Source of the DNA: Promethearchaeota archaeon
GTDB lineage: Archaea > Asgardarchaeota > Lokiarchaeia > Sigyniarchaeales > SOKP01
Length of the DNA stretch: 64,000 nucleotides
Assembly: GCA_016840085.1 (NCBI GenBank)
Contig: JAEOTA010000056.1
Span: 1-64,000, forward strand
Reading direction: 5' to 3'
The notes under the pieces are model-generated. The model was not told where the DNA came from and did not search any database. It worked only from the letters and a program-made list of their open reading frames with translations. How positions within the stretch are numbered: position 1 is the first letter of the stretch; each line of letters starts with the position of its first letter. The position numbers and the translations under genes are program-made. Shown piece after piece: positions 38,432-50,600 of this stretch.

Positions 38432-39658
38432 ATGGGATTAAAAGATTTAGTTGAACTCAAAAAAAGAGAAAACCGTCTTATTCTAATTCTTGTGATTTGG
38501 CTTTTAGTTGGATTTACAGCTGTTCAATTTAGAACAACTCGAAATATTGGTATTGTTATATTTTTACCACTTTTAGGAATTTTAATCATTTTATTATTAG
38601 CTTCAGTAATTTTTAAAAAGGATTTAAAACAAATGACATTTAAATCAATATTAAAATATTGCCTATTAGCTATTCCACTCTTTTTGATCTTTACTGCACT
38701 TGTTTTTTTCGCAGTTCTAATTTTAATAGTTATTTCTATTCTTTCTTACATATTTATAACATCATTATTTACATTACACAGTTGCTATAAATGGGGTGTA
38801 GATTTAGATGAAAAAATATATAAATTGCCAAAACTTCTGAATTTTCTTTTAAGGATAATAACATTCGTAGGAGGCCTAATTCTTTCTATCATCATAATGT
38901 TATTAATTGCTAATATCGGTTTTAATTGGGGTATCATCCCAGAAGAGGTATTAAGTGAATTAGGTCATATCCCATGGGTCATGATAACTTTTTTTATAAT
39001 CTTATTTTTAGTCTGTTTATTATTTCTTTTTATAGGCAAATTTAACGCATGGTTTGGAGTCTTTCTCATTTATGTTTCGATTTATGCTTCTTATTTAATA
39101 TTGAAAGCTTCTTTAAGTTTAATTAAAAGTGAAGAATCTGTATTAGCACTCCCAATACAAATATCTCTTTACTTTTTTGATTTATTTCTATTACTTGTAA
39201 CAATGGGAAGTTTAATTGGGAAAAAGGCTGAAATTATAAGTAAAAAATTGAAATTCATAAAATCTGAAATAATAATAATTTGGTTAATCTTTTCTAAATC
39301 AGCCTATGAATTTATTTTTGCTCTTCCTACTCCGGATGAGGGTATGCCTACTTCATTTTCATTCATAATGATTTCATTCATAATTTTTATCCCACTCTTT
39401 TTATTTATTGGCTTTTATGGAATTTATAATTATTTTAAATTAAAAAAGCAAAGAAAAGAGAAAAAGAAAGCCAAGAAACTAAAGAGAAAAGATTTGGAAG
39501 AGATTAGGATTACCGAAGAAGAAAAATTTGAAGAAGAAAAGCTAGAAAATATTCCTATACAAGAGATTCGAGAAGAGCTTTTAACCTGTCCTTCTTGTTT
39601 AGCAATTAATAGGAAGGGTGCAAAATACTGTAGTAAATGTGGTTTTGAAATTAAATAA
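38432..39658 (+). CDS. Multi-pass membrane protein with C-terminal zinc ribbon
   Basis: About 10 TM helices; CPSC...YCSKCG. Confidence 0.75.
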   Translation: MGLKDLVELKKRENRLILILVIWLLVGFTAVQFRTTRNIGIVIFLPLLGILIILLLASVIFKKDLKQMTFKSILKYCLLAIPLFLIFTALVFFAVLILIVISILSYIFITSLFTLHSCYKWGVDLDEKIYKLPKLLNFLLRIITFVGGLILSIIIMLLIANIGFNWGIIPEEVLSELGHIPWVMITFFIILFLVCLLFLFIGKFNAWFGVFLIYVSIYASYLILKASLSLIKSEESVLALPIQISLYFFDLFLLLVTMGSLIGKKAEIISKKLKFIKSEIIIIWLIFSKSAYEFIFALPTPDEGMPTSFSFIMISFIIFIPLFLFIGFYGIYNYFKLKKQRKEKKKAKKLKRKDLEEIRITEEEKFEEEKLENIPIQEIREELLTCPSCLAINRKGAKYCSKCGFEIK

Positions 39659-39705
39659 AATAATAAAATACTTTTTAAAGAATTATATAAAAAGATAATT
39701 ACACC

Positions 39706-40365
39706 TTAAAATTGCACACGGTTAAATAGAAGTATATTTATACCCATTATTACAGTAGTAATAGATATTCCCAAAATTAACGCTAATAATTCGGGATCTA
39801 AACCTGGTATAAAGAATGTAGGTAAAATTATAATAGAAGATAATTGACCGCCTAAATATACTGCTAAAATTGCTGCTACTGCAACTGAAGATACTAATAC
39901 ACCAATACATATACCTATAGAACATGTAATAGCCATTGAGGACATACTTATTATCAGAGAATCAAACATTGAATTTAAGTAATTTTCAGGAAATCCTATC
40001 GTACTGATATCAATTAATAACCCAACTATAAGGGATATAAAAATGGCTATAATTAAACATAAGAAAACAGCAAAAAACTTTGCTAACAGTAAATTGTACC
40101 GCTTCACAGGTCTTATCAGAAATAATTCATAAACGTGACGATTTTTTTCGCTTACAATTGATGTACTAAGCATAATAGAGGAAAGCGTTCCACCAATACT
40201 AGAAACAAGGAGGACAACTAAAAATGAAATTGGAAAATCTTCAGTTGGAGGTTGAATAAAATGAATTAAGAATGATAATAATGGTAATCCAAACCATAAA
40301 ACTATCATTACTTTAGATTTTGCATATCCTTTTAATTCGTCAAAAAAAAGTAGTATAAAGCTCAG
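39706..40365 (-). CDS. ABC-2 type permease (start extended to CTG 40365)
   Basis: SEK....YELFLIRPVKR..LL.AK. The frame is open 19 codons upstream of ATG 40308 to a CTG that overlaps the ATPase stop, behind GGAGGTG. Confidence 0.8.
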   Translation of the reverse strand: MSFILLFFDELKGYAKSKVMIVLWFGLPLLSFLIHFIQPPTEDFPISFLVVLLVSSIGGTLSSIMLSTSIVSEKNRHVYELFLIRPVKRYNLLLAKFFAVFLCLIIAIFISLIVGLLIDISTIGFPENYLNSMFDSLIISMSSMAITCSIGICIGVLVSSVAVAAILAVYLGGQLSSIIILPTFFIPGLDPELLALILGISITTVIMGINILLFNRVQF

Positions 40366-41366
40366 AAAGTTCCACCTCCGACATATTTTAAATATACATC
40401 TTCCAAACTAGGTTTTACAAGATTGAAATTTCTGATTCTGCATTTCTGTTTTGCTAATTTATTCAAAATCTGAAATATAATTGAATCTACATCGGTATCA
40501 GATTTCAAATGGATTAATTGGATGTTTGATCTTATTTTCTCAATATATTCAACATCCATTAAATCATCTAATCCTTCACATAAAGGAGTGTTTTCTGCAA
40601 CTTCAATTTGTATTATATTTCCTATATGAAAGCTACTTTGAAGATCTTCAGGAGTTCCAATTTTCATAATCTGACCTTGATTTAAAATACCGATTTTATC
40701 TGCAATATTTTGTACATCACTTAAGATATGCGATGAAAACAAAATAGTTATTCCACTTTTAGAAAGTTGTTTAATAATATTTTTGAATTGAAATCGACTT
40801 GTTGGATCTAATCCTGATAATGGTTCATCTAAAACCAAGATTTCTGGTTCATGTAAAAGAGCTTGGCATAATCTTAATTTTTGGAACATACCACCTGATA
40901 AATAAGTTATCTTTTTATATCTTACATCTGATAGATTTAGCAAATTTAAAACTTCTTGAATTCGGTTTTCAAGGTGATTTGAACTAAGTCCTGATAAACG
41001 ACCAAAGGTTTTAAGACTGTGATCGACAGTACGCCATTCTTGAAAACCAGCTTCTTGTGGATGATATCCTATTAGATTTTTTACCTCTTTCAAATTATTG
41101 TAAATACTCTTTCCATTAACATAAACATCACCTTTGTAGTCCTTGATTAAGCCAACTAAAATTTTGATTGTTGTTGTTTTACCTGCTCCATTTGGACCAA
41201 TATAACCAAATATATCTCCCTTTTGGATTGCAAAAGAGACATTATCTAAGGCTAATAACATTTTATATTTTTTAGATACATTACGGAACTCTATTAATGT
41301 ATCTCTATTCGATAACTTATTATTCTGTCTTGTAGTATTAATTTCTTTTTTTCCATTTAAAGCCAT
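40362..41366 (-). CDS. ABC transporter ATP-binding protein
   Basis: GPNGAGKT, LSGG, LDEP and SSH. Confidence 0.95.
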   Translation of the reverse strand: MALNGKKEINTTRQNNKLSNRDTLIEFRNVSKKYKMLLALDNVSFAIQKGDIFGYIGPNGAGKTTTIKILVGLIKDYKGDVYVNGKSIYNNLKEVKNLIGYHPQEAGFQEWRTVDHSLKTFGRLSGLSSNHLENRIQEVLNLLNLSDVRYKKITYLSGGMFQKLRLCQALLHEPEILVLDEPLSGLDPTSRFQFKNIIKQLSKSGITILFSSHILSDVQNIADKIGILNQGQIMKIGTPEDLQSSFHIGNIIQIEVAENTPLCEGLDDLMDVEYIEKIRSNIQLIHLKSDTDVDSIIFQILNKLAKQKCRIRNFNLVKPSLEDVYLKYVGGGTF

Positions 41367-41514
41367 AGTAATTATAGAATATTCTGATATTTTATATTAT
41401 AATTAAGTTATCTATTATCCACCTTAAACTTTTCCCGCCCAAATAAAATCTATAGTAATGGTTCTATTAAATTGAAAAATATTAGCAAACTCTTCTTTTT
41501 TTTAGCATTTATTC

Positions 41515-42669
41515 TTACTTTCTTAATTTAGGTGGAGGTACATAGACTTTTCTCATACCTTCCAATAAAGATATAGCATTTTCAGGACAAAAATGAGCAC
41601 ACACTCCACATCCTATACACCATTCCGCGTTCCGAACGGCTATATTTTTATCATCATTAAAATGTATTGCTTTTGTTGGACATTTTTCAACACACGTTCC
41701 ACACCCAGTACATTTTTCATTGTCAATTTTAGATAAATAATTTGTCCAATTCATCATTGGTAAAACACCTTCTCTCCATAGTTCGAACGTTGCACAGCAA
41801 TCCTCACAACAATTGCAAATACTTGTCTCAGCTTTAGTAATATCTTCGTGAGGATGGAAAGCTTTATGAACTAATCCTGCTTCTTCAGATTTTTTCAAAA
41901 TTTTTAATGCTTCATTTTTATCTATAAGTCTAGCAAAACCTTGTTCTGTTGTATAACGAGCAGATTTTCCGAATGTAAAACAATTTTCTCTCATTCCTGT
42001 TTGTTTGCAAGGAGTTCCTAATAAATCTTTATGATGTCTACAAAAGCAATGACCAACAGCGATATAATCAAACTTTTCAATAAGTTTTCCAACATTTTGA
42101 GTAGTCACTATGGATTCTTCTGGTATTTCTAATTTTTGGTTAACTGAAATCTCAATTTCATCTCCAGAAGCAGTTTTATCTAAAATGGGAACAGTTCTAT
42201 CTAATGGAGGGAATTTTCGAAAAACAGGTTCTAAAACATCATATTTTGATTGAACTGTGTCTTTTACTTCATCAAACAATTTTTTGAATAAATGTGCAAT
42301 CCTCTTTTCTACTGGACTATATTTAAGCTTTTGCATAAATATATACTCAAAAGGTCCAACCATCATTAATGGGAGCAGTCGATAAACCATTATACCTTTC
42401 GAACTTTGTTGATTGAAGATTACACCTTTTTTAGCAAGAGATTCCACGTTATTTAAGATTTCCTCTTCAGATAATTTACTAGTTTTCTGAAGTTCTTCTA
42501 ATGTTTGAGATTTCTTAAGTTTGAAAGCGTTAATAAAATCTAACTCACTCTCATCAATAAGATACTTTAGAATTTCTATTAAAGTATCATTAACAGGAAA
42601 TGGGAGACGGCCAGCTTTTACTATTATTCTTGCTGCTCTCTTGTACTTTTCCTCAGACATTTTTATCAA
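41515..42669 (-). CDS. 4Fe-4S dicluster protein with N-terminal winged helix
   Basis: CFCR, ICNCCEDCC, CTGCGTCVEKCP and CIGCGVCAHFCP. Confidence 0.88.
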   Translation of the reverse strand: MIKMSEEKYKRAARIIVKAGRLPFPVNDTLIEILKYLIDESELDFINAFKLKKSQTLEELQKTSKLSEEEILNNVESLAKKGVIFNQQSSKGIMVYRLLPLMMVGPFEYIFMQKLKYSPVEKRIAHLFKKLFDEVKDTVQSKYDVLEPVFRKFPPLDRTVPILDKTASGDEIEISVNQKLEIPEESIVTTQNVGKLIEKFDYIAVGHCFCRHHKDLLGTPCKQTGMRENCFTFGKSARYTTEQGFARLIDKNEALKILKKSEEAGLVHKAFHPHEDITKAETSICNCCEDCCATFELWREGVLPMMNWTNYLSKIDNEKCTGCGTCVEKCPTKAIHFNDDKNIAVRNAEWCIGCGVCAHFCPENAISLLEGMRKVYVPPPKLRK

Positions 42670-42766
42670 TCATTTTTACAAGATTTTTTTATTGTAGTTT
42701 TGATTAAAAACTATTTAACTATATTTGTTTACAATTGAGTAATTCTCACTGTAATTTTCATTTATT

Positions 42767-44137
42767 TTAATAAAGATTCTCAAATTCAGAAATCCCTTTT
42801 ATAATACCGACTTTTCTAATCCTTAAAATAGTAGAAACACGTGTTTTTCTGAATTTTCGAAAGCTAACGCTTAATACGTGATAATCAGGTAAAATTGTTC
42901 TTTGTCTTTTTTCAATATAATTTTTCCATGAATTATAGAAACAAATTTTACCTAAATCCATTCTTGGAGTTGGTTTTGGGTAATTTTTTGCGTATCCAAA
43001 AATGGCCATACTTGGTATATGCCAATCTTTAGGGATGTTTAAGATTTTCCTTAGATTTCCACGATTAAAAGCTCCAATCCAACAAGAACCAATCCCCAAT
43101 GTATGAGCTCTTAATAACACATTTTGAATAATTGAGCCTGTGTCGGTTTCGGCATAAAAACCTGGTGAATTATTAGAACAATCATATGCTACTACAATAA
43201 TTAAGGGCACTTTTCGAACATGGCTCTGTTGTACAACTATCTTTGCACTTTTAGCGGTTTGTTTAAGTACTTCTTTATCATCAATAATAATTATTTTTAA
43301 ATAGGGGTGATCTATTGTTAAGGGAATCATCATACCTGCTTTTAATAATTCTAAAATAATGCCTTTAGGAATGTCTTTATTCTCATCATATTTTCTTATT
43401 GATCTTCTATCAACAATTGCATCAACAGCATCAATATCATAATTTTGATAATTTATACTTTCATCTTGTAAACTCCTTCCTTCTAAATTATTTCCCCATA
43501 AATTATAAAAATATAAATCCTTGAAATCCTTTCTTTTATATTCCTTTGTATCGAATAATTCTTTTGCTTTCCCAATCACTAATACAGCATCAATGAATAT
43601 TGATTGTGGAATATTAAATTTTTCTCTAATAAATTCCCTATCAAAAATCCTTACCCAACGGGTATGGTATCCTAATTCATATGACATTAGAATCATATTC
43701 GTAATCGCTGCACCCATATCAGTAGATCCAAATATTTTCCCTGATATAGTGCTTTTATGAGTGCAAAGGATAAAAAATGACGCTGATTTAGCACAGTCAA
43801 TATCATTAGAGTGGTGTTTAAATATAAAGTCCTTATATTTATCAGTCTTAGCATTGTAATTTTCAGTAGAGAAGACAAAATTACTCCTTAATTCAGGTGA
43901 TTTAACATCCTGCAATGTTGTTTTTAATCTGGGATCCTTTGCTATAATTGATTGGATGATAGTATCTTTACCTTTTTGAGTATTAATTACTAGAAATCTC
44001 CAGACTTGTTGATTCTCGGCAGAAGGAGCAAATCGTCCAGCTTCTAAGATCTTTAATATTTCATTCTTTGGTATTTCAAAGTTAGATTCAAATTTCAGTG
44101 GTTTTTTCCATGTTTTAATAATTTCTTTTAAATACAT
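42767..44137 (-). CDS. Tandem (double) nitroreductase family protein
   Basis: APSAENQQ.W in domain 1; RRSIRKY and LGIGSCWIG in domain 2. Confidence 0.88.
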   Translation of the reverse strand: MYLKEIIKTWKKPLKFESNFEIPKNEILKILEAGRFAPSAENQQVWRFLVINTQKGKDTIIQSIIAKDPRLKTTLQDVKSPELRSNFVFSTENYNAKTDKYKDFIFKHHSNDIDCAKSASFFILCTHKSTISGKIFGSTDMGAAITNMILMSYELGYHTRWVRIFDREFIREKFNIPQSIFIDAVLVIGKAKELFDTKEYKRKDFKDLYFYNLWGNNLEGRSLQDESINYQNYDIDAVDAIVDRRSIRKYDENKDIPKGIILELLKAGMMIPLTIDHPYLKIIIIDDKEVLKQTAKSAKIVVQQSHVRKVPLIIVVAYDCSNNSPGFYAETDTGSIIQNVLLRAHTLGIGSCWIGAFNRGNLRKILNIPKDWHIPSMAIFGYAKNYPKPTPRMDLGKICFYNSWKNYIEKRQRTILPDYHVLSVSFRKFRKTRVSTILRIRKVGIIKGISEFENLY

Positions 44138-44238
44138 AGAAATAATTACTTGGTTAATAATTAATGTTAAAATTATTTGTTAACCTAGTTAGTAAATATA
44201 ATTAATTAAAATTGATACATTTTCAGTGTTGATAAACT

Positions 44239-45564
44239 ATGGGAAAAAATTCATGTTTAATAATTGGTCACGGCGCCAGAGAACATGTTATTGGTGAAAC
44301 TCTTGTTGGAGATGGAGTAAAATTATTTTCCTTTATGAGTTTTAAAAATGCGGGATTAGAAGATTTAAGTAAAGATATCAAAATTCACTCTGAAACTGAT
44401 TTTCAAGAGATTATAGACTTTTGTAAAGAAAAAAATATTGATTTTGCTGTAATTGGTCCGGAAGCTCCATTAGTAGTTGGAATCGTAGATGCTTTAGAAA
44501 AAGTTGGAATCCCATGCGTTGGGCCAAAAATAGAAGCTGCTCAATTAGAGGGTTCAAAAGTCTTTACCAGAAACTTATTAGAAAAATATAAGATTAAATC
44601 AAATGTTAGAAGTAAAATGTTTGATTCAATGGAAAGAATAGACAGCTATATCAAAGACATGGGTGTCGAAAACATAGTTGTGAAACCAGAAGGGTTAACT
44701 GGGGGTAAAGGAGTTAAAGTTTATGGTGATCACCTTTTTTCGACACAAGACATTTTAGATTATTGCCAAGAATTAGTAAGCAAAAAAAGTAGATTTCTTT
44801 TAGAAGAGAGGTGTGTGGGTGAAGAATTCACATTGCAGACTTTTGTTGATGGTAAAAATGTAATTGGCTCACCCTTAGTTCAAGATCATAAAAGAGCATA
44901 TGAAGATGATAAGGGACCAAATACAGGAGGGATGGGGAGTTATTCAATGGAAGATCATCTTATGCCTTTTTTTACTCAAAAAGATGTTGATGAAGCTCTC
45001 GAAGATATGAAAAAGACGGTAGCAGCAGTTAAAGCTGAAACAGGAGTAGGATATAAAGGATTTTTATATGGGCAATTCATGAAAACAGCGAAGGGATTAA
45101 AACTAATAGAATTTAATTCTCGATGGGGTGATCCTGAAGCGATGAATGTTTTACCACTCCTTGAAGGAAATTTTGTAGATATCTGTTGGTCAATCATAAA
45201 TGGAAATTTATCACAAAATATTGAATTTGAAAATAAGGCTACGGTGTGTAAATATTTGGCTCCAGAGGGATATCCTGTGAATCCTAAAAAAGATGAGCAA
45301 GTAATTATAAACAAGGAGAAAATTAACAAAACAGGGGCAAAATACTACTATGCTTCGGTTTATCGAGAAGGTGAAAAGATATTTACTACTACTTCGAGAG
45401 CAATGGGAGTATTAGGGATTGCAGATTCTTTAGAAGAAGCTGAAAAAATTAGTGAATCCGGAGTTGCATGTATAGAGGGTAGACTCTTTCATAGAAAGGA
45501 TGTAGGTACACGGAGGTTATTACAGAAGCGAATTGATCACATGAATTCCCTTTTAAAAAAATAA
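44239..45564 (+). CDS. purD: Phosphoribosylamine-glycine ligase
   Basis: GAREH, GPEAPL, LEGSK, QDHKR, GPNTGGMG and EFN.R.GDPE. Confidence 0.97.
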   Translation: MGKNSCLIIGHGAREHVIGETLVGDGVKLFSFMSFKNAGLEDLSKDIKIHSETDFQEIIDFCKEKNIDFAVIGPEAPLVVGIVDALEKVGIPCVGPKIEAAQLEGSKVFTRNLLEKYKIKSNVRSKMFDSMERIDSYIKDMGVENIVVKPEGLTGGKGVKVYGDHLFSTQDILDYCQELVSKKSRFLLEERCVGEEFTLQTFVDGKNVIGSPLVQDHKRAYEDDKGPNTGGMGSYSMEDHLMPFFTQKDVDEALEDMKKTVAAVKAETGVGYKGFLYGQFMKTAKGLKLIEFNSRWGDPEAMNVLPLLEGNFVDICWSIINGNLSQNIEFENKATVCKYLAPEGYPVNPKKDEQVIINKEKINKTGAKYYYASVYREGEKIFTTTSRAMGVLGIADSLEEAEKISESGVACIEGRLFHRKDVGTRRLLQKRIDHMNSLLKK

Positions 45565-45662
45565 ATAATAATTTTTTATATAGTAATTTATCTCATTATT
45601 AGATTATTATATTCTATAATCATCATATTATAATAATATTATAATTAAATTCTACTTGAATT

Positions 45663-46145
45663 ATGGATTGGCATGAAAAAAACGCTGAATTTAATGCTTT
45701 AATTAGACAACTTTTTCACGATGATGATTGGCAAAAAAGAGCTGATGCTGCGAGGCATTTAGGTATATTAAAGGACGGAAGAGCAATAAATTTATTATGT
45801 AGAGCACTTAGAACAGAAGAAGATCATATCGTTATTAACAAAATAATCGAATCATTAGGTAGAATAGGAGATGGAAGAGCAACTCTGAGAATTATTGAGA
45901 AACTGAGGGAGGAAAAAGAAAGAATAGAGCCAGATAAATATAGAATAATATATATCTTAGAAAGTTTAACAAGCATTAAAGATAAACGCGCATTAGCTTA
46001 TATTGGGTCGTTCTTAGATTCCTCAGATAATGAAGTAAGAGAATTAGCTTATAAAGCTTTTGATATAATAGAGCCTAATTGGAGAGAAATAATAAAGAAA
46101 GAAAGAAAGAAATCAATTCAGGATATTTTTAAAATTAATGATTAG
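45663..46145 (+). CDS. HEAT/PBS-lyase repeat protein
   Basis: R.DAA..LG...D.RA...L repeats. Confidence 0.85.
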   Translation: MDWHEKNAEFNALIRQLFHDDDWQKRADAARHLGILKDGRAINLLCRALRTEEDHIVINKIIESLGRIGDGRATLRIIEKLREEKERIEPDKYRIIYILESLTSIKDKRALAYIGSFLDSSDNEVRELAYKAFDIIEPNWREIIKKERKKSIQDIFKIND

Positions 46146-46284
46146 GTAAATCTCTTTTTCTCTATACTTTTGTTTAGTTTTAATTTATAATAAAGACTTA
46201 ATAAGTAGATTATTATGATTCCTTTATACTTTTTATTTTAAATTTATGAGTAAATTTGTATAAAACTAAGTAAGGTGTCATAAT

Positions 46285-47391
46285 CTGAAAAAATTGTGCG
46301 CATGTTGGGATTTAGAAGGACCTATTAGTATACTTGATTTTGCAGCAGAATTGGGAAAAGAATTAAGCAAAAAATCTCAATTAAATCTAAGAAACTATAA
46401 TATGGGAGATTTTTTCAAAATGATTTCAAATTATGATGATTACATAATTGATATTCCAGGAGTTAAAGAAAAATTAAACATTCCTGATTATCAGCCTGGT
46501 GATACGCTTAGAATTATGGCTCCTTTGTATGTTGCTAGTTATACTGATACGGAATTAATTAACCTTGCTAGAAGTAACCTTGGATTATTACCTGGATGTA
46601 AAGAATTGATGAAAATTTTACATAAAGATTGGGATATCTATGTTATTTCTACAAGCTATACTCATTTTGCTCACACGGTAACAGCAGCTTTAGATATTCC
46701 AAAAGATCATGTGTACTGCACAGATTTTAATATTAAAAAATTAACAGAAGGTTTGAACGATATAAAAAGCTCTGTAGATGTTTTAATTCGAGAAATATTT
46801 CAAAAATATCTTAATAATAATAAGGACCTTAATACTGTTATTGAGGATTTGAATAATTTCTTTTGGAAAGGGGAAGAATCTGATTTTATTAAAGTGATGA
46901 ATAAAATAAAAGTTAGAGGAGGAAAACGTAAGGAATTAGCAGTAGAAGAGATATCCAAAAAAATAGGTATTCCTATTTCAGAGATGATTGCTTTAGGCGA
47001 TTCAATTACAGATATTGATATGCTTCAAAGATTAAAAAATGAAGATGGTATTGCTATCTCTTTTAATGGAAATAGATTTAGCTTAAAGAGAGCTAATGTC
47101 GCAGTAACCAGTCCAAACAATCTAGGAACTTTACCCATTTTTCAATTTAAAAAAGATATATATAATTTTTTAGATAGTTGGGAATTAAAATATGAAACTT
47201 TTAAACATGATCCAAAAAAAATCTCAAATGAATTAATTTCAAATGAGTCCAAATACTACTTTATTAAATATAATTTTATACCAGATCTAAGAGATTTGAC
47301 AAATAAATCAAAAGAACAAATAGAAGAAATAACGTTAATTCAGGAAAGAATGAGGAAAAAAGTCCGTGGTTGGGGAGGTACTTTAGGATAG
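46285..47391 (+). CDS. HAD-superfamily hydrolase (COG4030/EhaR-like); start probably CTG 46285
   Basis: WDLEGP, YQPGDTL, ISTSY, GDSITD and SFNGN motifs. Confidence 0.8.
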   Translation: MKKLCACWDLEGPISILDFAAELGKELSKKSQLNLRNYNMGDFFKMISNYDDYIIDIPGVKEKLNIPDYQPGDTLRIMAPLYVASYTDTELINLARSNLGLLPGCKELMKILHKDWDIYVISTSYTHFAHTVTAALDIPKDHVYCTDFNIKKLTEGLNDIKSSVDVLIREIFQKYLNNNKDLNTVIEDLNNFFWKGEESDFIKVMNKIKVRGGKRKELAVEEISKKIGIPISEMIALGDSITDIDMLQRLKNEDGIAISFNGNRFSLKRANVAVTSPNNLGTLPIFQFKKDIYNFLDSWELKYETFKHDPKKISNELISNESKYYFIKYNFIPDLRDLTNKSKEQIEEITLIQERMRKKVRGWGGTLG

Positions 47392-47627
47392 AATAATTAA
47401 AATTTACGAGATGGAATCTATTTGCCATTTTATGTATTACAATTGAGAGCTTTTTTTTAACTATATTAAAATCTAGAACAAACTCCAACGTAGAGAAAAA
47501 ATATATTTTTTAATTCCTATATTTTTATTTAAGAAATGATTAATTTAATCTTTCAAAATTTATATATTGACAAATAATCATTTTTCTTAAATTAATATCA
47601 TAATCTAATAGATTAATTGAGGTATGA

Positions 47628-50600
47628 TTGAAAATGTCAACCGCATTTGAAGATAAAAATAGATTAAATCGAATTATATCTGAAAATATCGATGATCCAA
47701 TCTTTTTGTTAAATGAGAAATTTACTTGTGAATATACCAATTCTAAAATTTTAGGAGAAAATAAACTTTTTATTGATTTTATTCACCCAAATGAAACTAA
47801 GCATATAATAAAATTATTAAAAATTGTTTTGAAAATTGGGAATGGGATTGGGGAAGCAAGGATGAAGCTCGAAGTTAATCAATATGATTGGTTTGAAATT
47901 AGAGGTAAACGAATTCAGCTTGATAATAAAACAAAAAAAATATTTCTCATTTGTAGGGATATTACAAATTATAAAAAAAAGGAGGAATATTATAAAGAAA
48001 GTCAGGAAAAGCTCAATAAATTGGCGGATTCATTACCAGAAATTAGATATTGGAAATTTCTTCAATCGAAAGAAGGAATCAAAATAGTTCAAAAAACTCG
48101 GGAAATGTTAGAGCTTGTAATTGATAATATACCTCAATTAATTTATTGGAAAGATAAAAACTTGGTGTATTTAGGGTGTAATAAAAATTATGCTCAAATA
48201 AATGAGATTCAAGAACCCTCTAATATTGTTGGCAAGACAGATAACGATTTAATCTGGTTAAAGAATAATTCATCGCACATCCAAGAGAGAGAGACACAAG
48301 TAATAAAAACTAATAAAGCAGATTATGATGTTACTGAATTATTAAGTACTCCTGATGGCAATCAGGCTTGGTTTGAAATCAATAGAATCCCTTTACACGA
48401 TTTAGAAGGTAATGTTGTAGGAATCCTCGTTACTTATGAAAATATCACTGGTCGAAAAACTGCTGAGCAAAAATTAAAAGAATCTGAAGAAAAATATCGT
48501 GGAATACTTGAAAATATAAAAGAAAGTTATTTTGAAGTTGATTTAAGAGGTAATATCACTTTTTTTAATGATTCATTATGTGACCTTATTGAATATTCAC
48601 GAAATGAACTTTTGGGATTGAATTATAAATATATTATGGATGAGGAAAATCGAAAAGAAATTTTTAGAGGATTTAATGAAGTTTATAAAACTGGTGAACC
48701 TTTAAGTCATTTTCAATATCAATTTAAGATAAAATCTGGAAAAACTGTCATTTGTGAAACTTCAGTTTATTTGAATTATGATTCTAAAGGAAATAAAATT
48801 GGATTTAGAGGTATAACAAGTGAAATTACGGAAAAATACATCTTAGAACAAAAGATTAAAGAGTCAGAAGAAAAATATCGAACAATTTTCAATGCAAGCC
48901 CAGATTATATTTTTATAACTGATATCAATGGAAATATTTTAGAGATGAATCCTATAATGTTAAAAAGAATTGGCGTGACTTTAGAAGAAGTTCGTGGAAG
49001 AAATTTTTCTGAATTTTATACAGGTGATAAACTTGATGAATTACAAAAAGTTGGTGAAAAAATTAGGGAAGGAAAAATGGTCAAAGGAATTGAATTTAAA
49101 TCTAAGTCTAAACTTGGAGAAATTATTGAATATGAAATTAATTCTGTCCCTTTAATGGAAGATGGAAATGTGACCAAAATATTGAATTTAGCACGAGATG
49201 TATCATTTCGAAAAGAAGCTGAAAAACGATTAAGAGAATCTGAAAAACAATATAGAAATATTATCGAAAATACTAAAGATACAATTGTTATTATAGGTTT
49301 AGATGGAAAATTTAAGTATATTTCCCCCCAACTTACTACGATGTTAGGTGGTCGCGAGGTTAATCTTCAAGCTGAATTGTTTTCAAATATTCATCCTGAT
49401 GATATTAAAAATCTTGTAGATTTGTTTTCTAAAGCTGTAAGAGAAAAAAATGTCTTAACCGGAGAAGAAGTTGAATTTCGAGCATTACATCAAAATGGTC
49501 ATTACATCTGGTTATCGAGTTCATCAAAAAATTATCAAGATGAAGATGGAAATATGATTGGTTTTATTACTTTAATACGCGATATAACTGATAAGAAAAT
49601 TGCTGAACAGAAACTAAAAGAATCTGAAAAAAAGTATCGCCATTTATTCAAAAGTTCTCCTTACGGGATTATCTTAGTAAATAGAAAAGGACAAATTATA
49701 GATGCGAATCCCGCAACTGAGATTTTATTTGGGAGAAATATGGAGGAATTAATAAATGAAAGCTTTTTAAATATAAGAATAAAACCCGAAAAGATTTTAC
49801 CAGTATTTAAACAAAGGTATGAAGCAATTCTCAAGGGAAAAGTACCAACACCTTTAGAAATACAAATTACTAGATCTCAAGATAGAGGAAAAATATGGAT
49901 AAACATTGATGATTCATTAGTGGAAGTTGGAGGTGAAATGCTTTTTCAAGTCATAATACAGGATATAACTGAAAAAAAAATTGCTGAACAGAAATTAAAG
50001 AAATCTCAAGAAGAATTGCAGATTTTAAATCGTGAGTTAGAACAGAAAGTCAAAGAAAGAACTAAAAATTTAATAGAATCTGAAAGACAATATCGTACAA
50101 CGATAAATTCATTAGCAGATCCTCTTCATGTCGTAGATAAAGATTTAAGATTAATTTTAATCAATAAAGAACTTCATAACTGGCTTAAAGAACTCAATTT
50201 GAATTCAAACATATTTGGTAAACAGGTCTTTGAAGCGTTCCCATTTTTACCCCCTAAGGTTCATGAAGAATATATGCAAGTATTTGATACGGGAATACCT
50301 CTCATTACTAAAGAAACCACAATACTGAACAATTTTGATGTCATTACTGAAACTCGAAAAATCCCGATCTTTCGTGAAGGAAAAGTTGAGCAAGTAATTA
50401 CAATAATACGAAATATCACTGAAAGTTTCAAATTAGAGCAAGAATTGCGTCAATCTGAGAGGAAATTAAGAGAGCAAAATATTGAGTTAATGAAAATGGA
50501 TAAAATAAAAAATGATTTTATAAGTATGGCGGCGCATGAGTTAAAGACTCCTTTAATTTCAATTTCGGGATACACTGATTATATACTTTTGAAACATAGA